The notes under the pieces are model-generated. The model was given only the letters and a program-made list of their open reading frames with translations. It ran no database searches and was not told the DNA's origin. From Pyrinomonadaceae bacterium (GTDB taxonomy: Bacteria; Acidobacteriota; Blastocatellia; Pyrinomonadales; Pyrinomonadaceae): a stretch of DNA of 64,000 bases. The stretch lies in contig JBKBYA010000002.1 in NCBI GenBank assembly GCA_046313635.1, forward strand, positions 448,001 through 512,000, given 5' to 3'. Shown here piece after piece: positions 32,598 through 41,679 of this stretch. Both the position numbers and the translations under genes were made by a program. Numbering within the stretch: position 1 is the stretch's first letter; the number at the start of each line of letters is the position of its first letter.

Positions 32598-32620
32598 AAC
32601 AGCCTCTAAACGACCACAGT

Positions 32621-33127
32621 TTAGTTTAATGGTGGGGGACAAGTCTGCGTATTTGGCGCGTTGCAAAAACCACTACAACTACAGAAGGCGGTCGGGCACG
32701 CACCGGGCGGATAGGCTTGGCATTCAGTGTCGTTGACACAGTTGCAAGACTGAGCCGCCAATGCATTTCTCGGAGCAACCAACGACGCGACCACCGGGAT
32801 CGCGACCATCGATGCAAGGCCGATCTTTTTAATGACCTCCCGCCGCGACTGGCCTTTGAAGTCGGGGGCGACATTCTGTTCCAGCAGTTCGCTCTCGCTC
32901 AACTGGTCGATAGCGAGCCAAACCAGGTCCTCGTTACCCGCAGCTCCACAGATGCGAGCGATCTCAGCGATCGAGGTGTTTCCATCACACGCCTTCCAGA
33001 CCGTCGCGGCGGTCTGATTCAAACAGTGGGCCTTATCGGCGTTGAGGTCGTAAACCAGCACCTCGTCAGGCATTTCCTGAACGACTAAGCCGCTCTTTCG
33101 AGCTTTTGGGAATTGCGAGCTATTCAT
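32621..33127 (-). CDS. PqqD/RRE domain fused to Tat-like signal and Cys-rich peptide (putative RiPP precursor), 168 aa
   Basis: DEVLVYD...AHCLNQTAATVWKACDG..SIAEI...L..L PqqD pattern; SRREVIKK plus hydrophobic stretch plus ALA; 8-Cys tail; GGAGGAG RBS before ATG 33127. Confidence 0.8.
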   Translation of the reverse strand: MNSSQFPKARKSGLVVQEMPDEVLVYDLNADKAHCLNQTAATVWKACDGNTSIAEIARICGAAGNEDLVWLAIDQLSESELLEQNVAPDFKGQSRREVIKKIGLASMVAIPVVASLVAPRNALAAQSCNCVNDTECQAYPPGACPTAFCSCSGFCNAPNTQTCPPPLN

Positions 33128-33195
33128 TTTCTCCTCCAAGTACAAATGTACAAATACAGTAAGTAAAGGTCACACCTACCCTTTGTTTAACAAAC

Positions 33196-33223
33196 ATTCT
33201 AGCCTAAATCGATGACTTGTCAA
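33196..33223 (-). promoter_or_regulatory. Sigma70-type promoter for the PqqD-fusion gene
   Basis: TTGACA-16 bp-TAGAAT overlapping the kinase 3' end. Confidence 0.65.
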
Positions 33224-34040
33224 CGATTTCCAAAAAAAACCGGGCAAAGGCCTCCGCCTCGCCGCGAGGCGACTCGTAGGCCCTGGCAACGGCCAGGGCG
33301 GACGAGACGGCCGAAATAACCATCGCCGGCGAGCGCCTCGCCGCGAGAGCGTATTCGATCATTCGCATCGACGCCTGACCGACGCTAAGCGGCCTCGGCC
33401 GCCATTCCGCGTCGTGTTGAAAACCGGTAAACAAGACCGTTGAGACCGTCACCGGTTCCTTTCCGACCCGAATATCCAGATGTTCGGGACGGACATCCGT
33501 TTCAACTACCTCTCCGACGCGTGTGCGCACCGACAGCGGCCGGGCAAAAGGATGAACGAGACCTCTCGTATCGATCACCGCATATTCGTCAGAGTAGTAT
33601 TCGGCCCCGAGCCGAGCGAGTTCCAGGACCAACGTCGTCTTGCCTTTAAAACTGTGCGCGGGCAGCAGGATCGCTTTTCCCTTCCAAGCGACGACGCCTG
33701 AGTGGATGAAAGCAAACTCTTTTGCGAATTCGCCGACCAATATCCGGGCCAAGCTGTCAAAGAATTTCCAAAACCTATAGTCCGGCTTGCCGAAACTCAT
33801 CTGGACGCCGTCCTGAATGATCCGACATATTCCCTCCTCGTCCATCTGCAAAGAGAAACAATGCTCGGCGAGGCCGCATTCGATCTCAGTTAAATTGCCG
33901 AGCAGCGCTTTTTCGACGACTCGCCGGGCGTCGGCGAGCACCGACGTGTCGTTCGACTCGACGCGGAGCCGCGTCCCATACGACTCGATGCAGAAGGCCG
34001 TTACCGGCTGCGAATTGATCATCTGAGAGTTATTGGTCAT
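33204..34040 (-). CDS. HPr kinase-related P-loop kinase
   Basis: FIHSGVV.WKGKAILLPAHSFKGKTTL...YYSDEYAVID...HPF.RPL..R. Confidence 0.8.
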   Translation of the reverse strand: MTNNSQMINSQPVTAFCIESYGTRLRVESNDTSVLADARRVVEKALLGNLTEIECGLAEHCFSLQMDEEGICRIIQDGVQMSFGKPDYRFWKFFDSLARILVGEFAKEFAFIHSGVVAWKGKAILLPAHSFKGKTTLVLELARLGAEYYSDEYAVIDTRGLVHPFARPLSVRTRVGEVVETDVRPEHLDIRVGKEPVTVSTVLFTGFQHDAEWRPRPLSVGQASMRMIEYALAARRSPAMVISAVSSALAVARAYESPRGEAEAFARFFLEIVDKSSI

Positions 34041-34087
34041 CTTATCCGACCGTTTTGAGGACGATCACGGCAAAGTAGGAGTTGAGG

Positions 34088-35110
34088 TCACGATTCACTC
34101 CGTGTCGCTGCGAATGCGACCATCCCTCCCGAGAATAGGACCGCGGCCGCGGCGACGGCGAGCAGCGCCGCGGTGTCGAAAAAAAATCCGGCGAGCCCGG
34201 CCGCCGCCAGCACCGAGGCCGACGCTCCATAGATCGCGGCCACCGATGAATGCGACATTCCCGAGATCACGAGCCGCTGGTATAGGTGAGAGCGATGCGC
34301 GGTCCAGACCCGCTCGCCGCGGAGGGCACGGCGGATAAGCGTGAACACGCTGTCAAACAGGAACGGCCATAGAACGATCGCGGCCAAGACCCAAAAGCTT
34401 CCACGCATGTCCGCCGCCTGCCGGGAAAACAAGATCGGCGTCGACGCAAAGGTAAATCCCAGGAACGCGCTTCCCACATCGCCCATAAAGATCTTGGCGG
34501 GGTGCCAGTTATGCACCAAGAATCCGATCACCGACGCGCACAGCACGGCCATCATCAACGTCTGTCCGTAGGAGCCGAACAGCACTCCGACCGCGACCCA
34601 CATTCCTGCCGCGGCGAGGGCCTGAATGCCCGCGATGCCGTCGATCCCGTCCATGAAGTTGTAGGCGTTCACGAGCCAGACCAGCCACAGCACGGTGAGC
34701 GGCGGGCCGATCGCGCCGAGTGCGATCGAACGCTGGGGGCCAAAGAGATCGACGGACGCGAATGCGCCGAGATCCGCGATCAGCATCACTGCCGCCGCGG
34801 TGTGCACGGCCAGACGGATCAGGAAGGGCACGTGCTTTATGTCATCGACCATGCTGATCGCCGCGATCAGCAATGCACCGGCGAGATATCCCCATGAAAA
34901 AAGGCCCGGCTCTCTCCAGCAAGCCGCCGCGTAGCCGGCGAGCGTCAATATCACGATAACAACGCCGCCGCCGCGAGGCACCGGCTGATCGTGAGAGCTG
35001 CGATGATTCGGCACGTCGAGCAGAGAGCGTCTCAGGCCCCAGCGGCGAAAGAGCCCGACGCCGAACCAGCTGACCGCGAATGTGCCGATGATCAGTAACG
35101 CAAAAGTCAT
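34088..35110 (-). CDS. Undecaprenyl-phosphate N-acetylhexosamine-1-phosphate transferase (MraY/WecA/WbpL-like)
   Basis: D.PN.RSSH..P.PRGGG, DD, NAYNFMDGIDG, FMGDVGS, AHRSHLYQ. Confidence 0.9.
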   Translation of the reverse strand: MTFALLIIGTFAVSWFGVGLFRRWGLRRSLLDVPNHRSSHDQPVPRGGGVVIVILTLAGYAAACWREPGLFSWGYLAGALLIAAISMVDDIKHVPFLIRLAVHTAAAVMLIADLGAFASVDLFGPQRSIALGAIGPPLTVLWLVWLVNAYNFMDGIDGIAGIQALAAAGMWVAVGVLFGSYGQTLMMAVLCASVIGFLVHNWHPAKIFMGDVGSAFLGFTFASTPILFSRQAADMRGSFWVLAAIVLWPFLFDSVFTLIRRALRGERVWTAHRSHLYQRLVISGMSHSSVAAIYGASASVLAAAGLAGFFFDTAALLAVAAAAVLFSGGMVAFAATRSES

Positions 35111-36105
35111 TTCGTCTCGTTGCGGTACGCCGCGACCTCTCGTCCGATGGCCGCTCTGATCGCGACGCGCGGCACGATGCCGTATTCGGCGGCGAGCCGA
35201 TCGGCGGAGTAGATGTCTTCGGCAAGCCAAGTCTCGATCGACCTTCTCAAATTCGCGAGCCGACGGCCGGCCAGCGGCAGCCGCGCCGCCGCGCCGAGGA
35301 TCGCCCTCGGCAGCCCGCCGGGGATGGTCAGCCGCGGCGTCGGACGTCCGAGAGCGGCGCAGACGATCCGAACGATCTCGCCGGTCGACTCGGGCGGCGC
35401 AGCGAGATTGAATATTTCGAGCTCGGCCGCTGAACGCTCGGCGAGCTCCGCCGCGACGGCCGCGACGTCGCCGACGTAGACGAGGCTTTTAAGATCATCG
35501 CCGCGGCCTACGTTAACAAATCTTCCGCGGTCGATCGCCCTGATCAGCCTCGCAAAATTTCCCCGGCTGCCCTCGCCTATGATCGGAGCGGGACGCAAGA
35601 TCGTCAGCCCCACGCCGAGCTCTCGGCACGCTTCGCGGGCCGCCGTCTCGCCTTCGAGCTTGCTCTGGGCGTACGCGTCCTCGGGGAGGCACGGGTCAAA
35701 CTCGTCGACCGGCCGTCCGCTCGTCCTTGCCGAACGCCCGTAAACCAGGACCGAGCTCACAAGGACAAAACGCCGGCAGCCCGATCGGCCAGCGGCATCC
35801 GCGACATTGCGAACGCCTTCGACGTTTACCCGCTGGTATTCGTCGTCGGCGACCGCGCCAAAGCGGTGCGCGATACCGGCACAATGAATAACGCTGTCGA
35901 AGGGAGCATGACGCGAGAGCCCCGCCACGCTCTCGGAGCTCGCCACATCGAGCGAGAGAGGCGTGACGCTGTTGAGCTCGCCGAATGACCCGGCGCCGCG
36001 TCCCTGCGGTCCGCCGGCGGCAAAGATCCGATGGCCGCGCGATGCGAGCTCGCGCACGACCGCCCGGCCTACAAATCCTGTTGCTCCTGTGACCAGACAA
36101 CGCAT
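35107..36105 (-). CDS. NAD-dependent epimerase/4-reductase (WbpK-like)
   Basis: TGATGFVG, HCAGIAH, SS...YG, YAQSK. Confidence 0.85.
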   Translation of the reverse strand: MRCLVTGATGFVGRAVVRELASRGHRIFAAGGPQGRGAGSFGELNSVTPLSLDVASSESVAGLSRHAPFDSVIHCAGIAHRFGAVADDEYQRVNVEGVRNVADAAGRSGCRRFVLVSSVLVYGRSARTSGRPVDEFDPCLPEDAYAQSKLEGETAAREACRELGVGLTILRPAPIIGEGSRGNFARLIRAIDRGRFVNVGRGDDLKSLVYVGDVAAVAAELAERSAAELEIFNLAAPPESTGEIVRIVCAALGRPTPRLTIPGGLPRAILGAAARLPLAGRRLANLRRSIETWLAEDIYSADRLAAEYGIVPRVAIRAAIGREVAAYRNETK

Positions 36106-37350
36106 TCAGACGATATCGGTAAACGAGGTCATCGCCCGTCGATAGCTCTCTACGGCCCGCTCGGGCGAATACTTTTCGACGGCGGCCGCGCGGGCCCGCC
36201 GGCCCATCTCGTCGAGCTCGGCGCGGCGAGAGTAGATCTCGATAACGGCGTCGCGCAGCGCGGCAGGATCGTGCGGCCGAATGTGCCAGCCGACCCGCTC
36301 CTCGTCGATCACCCGCGCGAGCTCCGAGCCCTCGTCGGTCAGCGCGAGTATCGGCTTGCCGGCAGCGAGGATGTTGTACGTGCGGCTGGGCATCGCCGTG
36401 CCCCACATATTTCCGACGAGCGATATCAGACCGACGTCGCATGCGTTGAGAAAAACGCGCTGCTCCTCTCTTGGCCGCGTGCCGAGGATCGAAACGTTTG
36501 TCAGCCCTCGTTCGGCGACCGTCGCGTCGAGCCAAGGCTTTTTCGCTCCGGAACCGACAAAGACAAAGTGAAATCGCTCGTCGTCGCGCAGCATCGACGC
36601 GCATTCGATGATCGACTCGATGTCGGTCGGGTGCCCGATATTGCCGGCGTACATAAAGACGAATTTGTCGCGCAGGCCGAGCTGCTCGAGCAGCGGATTA
36701 TTGTGCCGGTCGCCCGGTTCGACGAGGTCGAGGTCGGCCCAATTCGGGATCGTCACGATCGCCGGGTCGAGGCCGCGGGCCTTTTGTTCCATCAGTTCCT
36801 TCATATCGCGGCCGACGACGATGATCCGCCGCGCGTGCTTATAGAGCCAGCGGTTAAGCCGGTTCGCGACGCGAACGAGCGCGGAATCGGGCTTGGTCTT
36901 TCCGACCGCGACGAGGATCTCGGGATAACTGTCGTGCAGCAAAAGCGTGTACGTCGAGCGGCGCATCAGCGCCGCGAGGGCCGTCGTAAATGGCAGGCTC
37001 GGCGGGGCCGTCACCACCAACACCTCGTCGCCCGGGCCAAACCTCGCTATCGACCGCATGAACATCGACGCTCCGAGCGTGAACATATTGACCACGCGAT
37101 ACGGGATCACGTTCTTATCGAGCCGGGTGCTCCAGGTGCGAAAGATCTCGACGCCGTTGTGCACCTCGCGATACGGAGCGATCGTGCCGCGGGCGGCATA
37201 GTTCGGCTGGCCGCAGATGACCTTGACGTCAAAATCGGCGGTCAGCCCTTCGGCGATCGACGTGAGGTAATAACCGGTCGAGATCATCTCCGGATAATAG
37301 ACCTCGGTCACGATCCAGAGTCGCTTCTTTTGCGCATGTTCATTCGGCAT
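36106..37350 (-). CDS. GT4 glycosyltransferase (WbuB/WcaI-like)
   Basis: YYPE, GQPNY, YAGNIG, PSR.Y..LAAGKP. Confidence 0.85.
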   Translation of the reverse strand: MPNEHAQKKRLWIVTEVYYPEMISTGYYLTSIAEGLTADFDVKVICGQPNYAARGTIAPYREVHNGVEIFRTWSTRLDKNVIPYRVVNMFTLGASMFMRSIARFGPGDEVLVVTAPPSLPFTTALAALMRRSTYTLLLHDSYPEILVAVGKTKPDSALVRVANRLNRWLYKHARRIIVVGRDMKELMEQKARGLDPAIVTIPNWADLDLVEPGDRHNNPLLEQLGLRDKFVFMYAGNIGHPTDIESIIECASMLRDDERFHFVFVGSGAKKPWLDATVAERGLTNVSILGTRPREEQRVFLNACDVGLISLVGNMWGTAMPSRTYNILAAGKPILALTDEGSELARVIDEERVGWHIRPHDPAALRDAVIEIYSRRAELDEMGRRARAAAVEKYSPERAVESYRRAMTSFTDIV

Positions 37351-37370
37351 CGGTGATCGGCGGCAGCTTT

Positions 37371-38564
37371 CTAAAGCGCGGCGGCCTGCGTGAATAACCG
37401 CCGTGTGAGATCCTCCGAAGAATTTTCAGCAAGGTAGTTCAGGGCGAATGTGCGGGCCGCTGTCGATCGTCGGCGAAACTCGTCGGCCTCCATCGCAACA
37501 CAGTATTCGATCAATTTGGTCCAGTCCTGCCGGCACGCGAGAGGCAGTATCCAGCCCGCGCCGGCCGCCTCGACGCCGCCCCAGATCGTATTCTCGCTCA
37601 GTATCGCCGGCGTCCCCGCGGCGAGGCTCTCGAGGATCACGTAGCCAAAATTCTCGTTCAGCGTCGGCAGCACGAAGAAATGATTCTCACACAACAACCT
37701 GAGTCCCTCAAGACGCTCGACGCCGCCCGCGACCTCAAGTGATACGTTAGCTCCGAGACGCCCGGCCGCCGTGCGGCACTCAGCCCAGTACGCGGCGTCC
37801 TCGAGCGGGCCGGCGACGGTCAAATGCACATTCGAGTCCGGCCGGACCTGAGACAAAGCTTCAAGAAAATAGGCGAGATTCTTTTTTGGGACGACACGCG
37901 AAAAGAATATGAACCGAGCCTCGCCGGGACGCTTTTGCGGCTTGAGGTCAGCCGAATAGCCGGGCAAGATCTCCTTCGGCGTGAGGTCTGGTGCGATCTG
38001 CGGTGCGACGTGCCGGCCAAAGACGCTCTTTATCTCTTCGCTCTCGAGCTCGGTTGTCGCCTTCCAGATGACGTCGCGGTAGAGTCCGACCGCCTTTGCG
38101 TAGAGGAGAAACAAGCGTTTCTTTAAAGCGCTCGACCGCATCGCGCCGGCAGACAGCTCGCCGCACGGGGCGACGACGGTCGGCGTCCGCGTCCCGTTTC
38201 GCCGACGGGCCCGCAGATATGCTATCCCCGCCGCGCCGAAAACACTGTTGAGGAAGACGACGTCCGGCGCGGCCTCGTCCACGATCCGCCGGGCGACCGA
38301 GGGCGAGATCTCGCCCGGCGAAGCGTAATAGACCGATTCGCCTCCGGCGAGACGATGCCACTCGCCCGCCTCGATCCGCGGGTAGCGTTTTCTGTCGCCG
38401 TGGTCGCGGTCTCGCGTGAAAACGGCAAACTCAAAATCGCCGCTCAGGCGGTCGATGAGATTCGCTACGGTCCACATCCCGCCGCCGCCTTTCGTGCTAG
38501 GGCGATAATACTCGCAAAAAATAAGGACCTTTATTTTTCGCCCCGCGGCGAACGGGCGGCTCAT
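37371..38564 (-). CDS. GT4 glycosyltransferase
   Basis: SRVVPKKN, LPTLNENFGYVILESLAAG. Confidence 0.87.
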   Translation of the reverse strand: MSRPFAAGRKIKVLIFCEYYRPSTKGGGGMWTVANLIDRLSGDFEFAVFTRDRDHGDRKRYPRIEAGEWHRLAGGESVYYASPGEISPSVARRIVDEAAPDVVFLNSVFGAAGIAYLRARRRNGTRTPTVVAPCGELSAGAMRSSALKKRLFLLYAKAVGLYRDVIWKATTELESEEIKSVFGRHVAPQIAPDLTPKEILPGYSADLKPQKRPGEARFIFFSRVVPKKNLAYFLEALSQVRPDSNVHLTVAGPLEDAAYWAECRTAAGRLGANVSLEVAGGVERLEGLRLLCENHFFVLPTLNENFGYVILESLAAGTPAILSENTIWGGVEAAGAGWILPLACRQDWTKLIEYCVAMEADEFRRRSTAARTFALNYLAENSSEDLTRRLFTQAAAL

Positions 38565-39670
38565 GAGCTGTGCTTGCGGAGACTCGTGTGGCCGAGGACG
38601 ATCTTGGCGACGGTGGTCGAGACATTTGCCGCGAGATACTCGCGCGGAGGCTCCCATGCCGAGCTCTCGGCCGTCGCGACCTCGACCGCACGCGCTATCG
38701 CGTCGGTTGAGGCGCCGCTGATGATGTTGCTCCCGGCCTCGAGCGTCTCGGGCCGCTCGGTCACGTCACGGACCGTCACATTCGGGATGCCGAAGATGCA
38801 GCATTCTTCCTGCACGGTGCCGCTGTCGGTCAGCACGGCGAAGGCCTGCTTTTCGAGCGCGACGAAATCGAAGAATCCGAGCGGGTCGAGCATCTTGATC
38901 GCGTCCTCGCTGGCCTGAATGCCGAACTGAAGAAGCTTGTCGGCAGTCCGCGGATGAACCGAGATCAGCACCGGCCGCTTGTATCGTTCGGCAACGCCGG
39001 CGATGCCGTTAAAGATCGTCTTGAGACGCTCCTCGAGATCGACATTCTCGGCTCGATGTATCGTCGCGAGAAAGTATTCGCCCGGCCTCACGCCGAGATC
39101 GTCAAATACAGTGCTCCGCTCGATCTCGGGCGCAAAGCGGTCGAGCACCTCCTTGATCGGATTGCCGGTCACAAAAATCCGTTCGCGCTCGATGCCCTCG
39201 GCGACGAGATTCTCCTTGCTCCGCTCGGTATACGGCAGCAGCACGCTGCTCGAATGATCGATGATGCGCCGATTGACCTCTTCGGGAACGCGGTCATCGT
39301 AGCAGCGGTTGCCTGCCTCCATATGAAAGACCGGTATTCCCTTTCGAGCGGCGACTATCGCCGAGAGAGCGCTGTTGGTGTCGCCGAGGATGAGGACGCG
39401 GTCGGGCCGGTGCTCGTCGAGCACCGCGTCGACCTTTGAGAGTATCTGTCCGATCTGGTCGCCAAAGCCCGACGCTCGGATGCCGAGATGGATGTCGGGC
39501 GTCCGGACGCCGAGGTCACGGAAAAAAATGTCGCTCAGGCTCTCGTGAAAGTTCTGCCCCGTGTGAACGGTGACGTGCTCGCCCGGGCCGCAAAAGCGGT
39601 CGAGCTTTTCCATCACGAGACTGAGGCGGATTATCTCCGGCCGCGTGCCGAAGATCGTCATTACTTTCAT
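38561..39670 (-). CDS. UDP-N-acetylhexosamine 2-epimerase (FnlC/QnlB-like)
   Basis: GTRPEIIRL, HTGQNF, LGDTNS, HMEAGNRC.D..VPEE.NR, TDSGTVQEE. Confidence 0.9.
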   Translation of the reverse strand: MKVMTIFGTRPEIIRLSLVMEKLDRFCGPGEHVTVHTGQNFHESLSDIFFRDLGVRTPDIHLGIRASGFGDQIGQILSKVDAVLDEHRPDRVLILGDTNSALSAIVAARKGIPVFHMEAGNRCYDDRVPEEVNRRIIDHSSSVLLPYTERSKENLVAEGIERERIFVTGNPIKEVLDRFAPEIERSTVFDDLGVRPGEYFLATIHRAENVDLEERLKTIFNGIAGVAERYKRPVLISVHPRTADKLLQFGIQASEDAIKMLDPLGFFDFVALEKQAFAVLTDSGTVQEECCIFGIPNVTVRDVTERPETLEAGSNIISGASTDAIARAVEVATAESSAWEPPREYLAANVSTTVAKIVLGHTSLRKHSS

Positions 39671-39687
39671 AGATAAATCTTCGGCAG

Positions 39688-40749
39688 CTACTTCGCCGCA
39701 GCCGCGAGAAAGCGGCCGATCTCTTCGCTCGCAGAGCCGAGGAGGTCTCGCAGCTCGGGTATCGAGAGATTGGCGTCCTTGGACGAGTATTCCGTTTTGA
39801 GCGCCGGTTCGAATCCGTCGTCCGCGGCCTCGCGCAGCTCCGGCAGCACCGGGAGGATCGCGTAATAATCGCCACGCTCGGTCGTGCGAAAGCACTCTTC
39901 TTCGGAGACCATTATCTCGTGGACCTTTTCGCCGGGCCGAATGCCGGTGTAAACGATCGGAAGCTGCTCATCGCCCATCAGCGCCATCGCGACATCGGTG
40001 ATGTTTGCGGACGGGACCTTCGGGACAAAGGTCTCGCCCCGCCGGCCCGTCGCGACGGCCGCAAAGACGGTGTCGACCGCACGGTCGAGGCTCAGCAGGA
40101 AGCGCGTCATCTCGGGCAGCGTCACAGTGACCGGCCGCCGCTCGCGGATCTGCTCGACAAAGAGAGGCACGATCGACCCTCGCGACGCGATCACGTTGCC
40201 GTAGCGGACGCACATAAAGCTCGTCCGCGGGCAGTCGCGATTGGCCTCGATGAGGATCCGTTCCTGGAGCGCCTTGGTCATGCCCATCACGTTGATCGGC
40301 TTGCAGGCCTTGTCGGTCGAGATGCCGACGACCATCTCGACCGGCAGATCGTTTTCGCGAACGGCGCGGACGACGTTCTGAGCGCCGACGATATTGGTCT
40401 GCACCGCCTCGAACGGGAAATACTCGCACGACGGCACCTGCTTGAGCGCGGCCGCGTGAAAAACGACGTCAGCCTCGCGCATCGCCGCAAGCAGAGCGGG
40501 ATAATCGCGCACGTCGCCGATCCTGAAATTGAGCAGCTCGCGCGAATTCTGATAGATCACGTCGTCGGTCGCGGCCTCGCGATGCATAAAGTCGAGCCGC
40601 ATATAGTGCTGCTTCGCCTCGTCACGCGAATAAACCGTGATCTGCCGCGGCCGGCCCATCTCGCCGGCGAGCAGACGCTTGACGACCGTCTGACCGAGCG
40701 AGCCTGTGCCGCCGGTCACGAGTATTCTCTTTCCGTCCAGTTGATTCAT
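39688..40749 (-). CDS. UDP-GlcNAc 4,6-dehydratase/5-epimerase (FnlA-like)
   Basis: TGGTGS.G, SRDEAKQ, HAAALKQVPSCE, STDKA..P.N.MG.TK, RYGNV..SRGS. Confidence 0.9.
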   Translation of the reverse strand: MNQLDGKRILVTGGTGSLGQTVVKRLLAGEMGRPRQITVYSRDEAKQHYMRLDFMHREAATDDVIYQNSRELLNFRIGDVRDYPALLAAMREADVVFHAAALKQVPSCEYFPFEAVQTNIVGAQNVVRAVRENDLPVEMVVGISTDKACKPINVMGMTKALQERILIEANRDCPRTSFMCVRYGNVIASRGSIVPLFVEQIRERRPVTVTLPEMTRFLLSLDRAVDTVFAAVATGRRGETFVPKVPSANITDVAMALMGDEQLPIVYTGIRPGEKVHEIMVSEEECFRTTERGDYYAILPVLPELREAADDGFEPALKTEYSSKDANLSIPELRDLLGSASEEIGRFLAAAAK

Positions 40750-41648
40750 TGTCTCCAGGATGCGTACGGGGCAGCGTCGGCGGCCATCAGACGGACCATC
40801 TCGTCCCACGGGAGCGGAGCGAAGCCGGTCGCCTGTCTAAACCTCGTCGAGTCGAGACTGCGGTCGATTCGAAAGTCTTCAAAGCGTTCGATCTCTACGC
40901 CGGCGCCGAATTCGCGGTCGATCATTCTAAGCAGTTCGTACTTGTCGATCGGGTCGCTCGAGACGTGAAAAAGCCCCGTCAGATATGACTCGCGCTGCAG
41001 TAACTCTGAAAGTATATCGGCAAAGACAACCGTTGGAAAGCCGCTGTAAATCGCGTTCGCGTAGCCTTTTACCTTTGCGCCGCGGTTGGAGAGAAACCAT
41101 TCGACCAAGCTGTGAGCGGTCGCGAGCTCGCGGCCGATGATCGACGTGCGGATCGTGAGGCAATTGCCCGCGGTCACCTCGCCGATGTTCTTGCTGCGGC
41201 CGTAGAGGTCAAGCGCGTCGGCCGGGTCGGTCTCGGAATAATTTCCCCGCTCGCCGCTAAAGACACAGTCGGTGCTGATGCACACGAGGTGAAACCCGTA
41301 CTCCTCGCCAAGCTGTGCGAGACGATGCGGGAGTATCGAATTGACGGTCAGCGTCGTGATGACGTCCTTTGACGACGGGAGCTGCTTGATGATGCCGACG
41401 GCGTTTACGACGACGTCGGGCCGCGAGGCCTCGATCGCACGGCGAAGGTCGGTCTCGCGCTCGACGCTGACGTTCTCGATCGTGCGTCCGGCCGTGTAAA
41501 TGCCAAACCGCTCGACTTCGTCGAAACCGGTGCGGACGGTGCACCAGACCTCATGCGGGCCTTCAAGTCTCTGAACGAGCTTATGGCCGAGCATTCCGGT
41601 CCCGCCGAGGACGAGAACGCGCCTTTTTTTGTTAACGCTATTTGTCAT
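40746..41648 (-). CDS. RmlD-family sugar-nucleotide reductase (QnlA-like)
   Basis: GGTGMLG, ISTDCVFSG, YGRSK..GE, RTSIIG.EL. Confidence 0.85.
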   Translation of the reverse strand: MTNSVNKKRRVLVLGGTGMLGHKLVQRLEGPHEVWCTVRTGFDEVERFGIYTAGRTIENVSVERETDLRRAIEASRPDVVVNAVGIIKQLPSSKDVITTLTVNSILPHRLAQLGEEYGFHLVCISTDCVFSGERGNYSETDPADALDLYGRSKNIGEVTAGNCLTIRTSIIGRELATAHSLVEWFLSNRGAKVKGYANAIYSGFPTVVFADILSELLQRESYLTGLFHVSSDPIDKYELLRMIDREFGAGVEIERFEDFRIDRSLDSTRFRQATGFAPLPWDEMVRLMAADAAPYASWRQ

Positions 41649-41679
41649 CTGTCTGCGATCCAACCGTTAAGAGATCACT

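Noticed and set aside
31676..34040. Canonical lasso peptide or PQQ biosynthesis cluster
   Set aside because: No asparagine-synthetase-like cyclase, B2 peptidase or pqqBCE; MiaB is a housekeeping radical SAM and the PQQ-like propeller at 29.1 kb is unrelated
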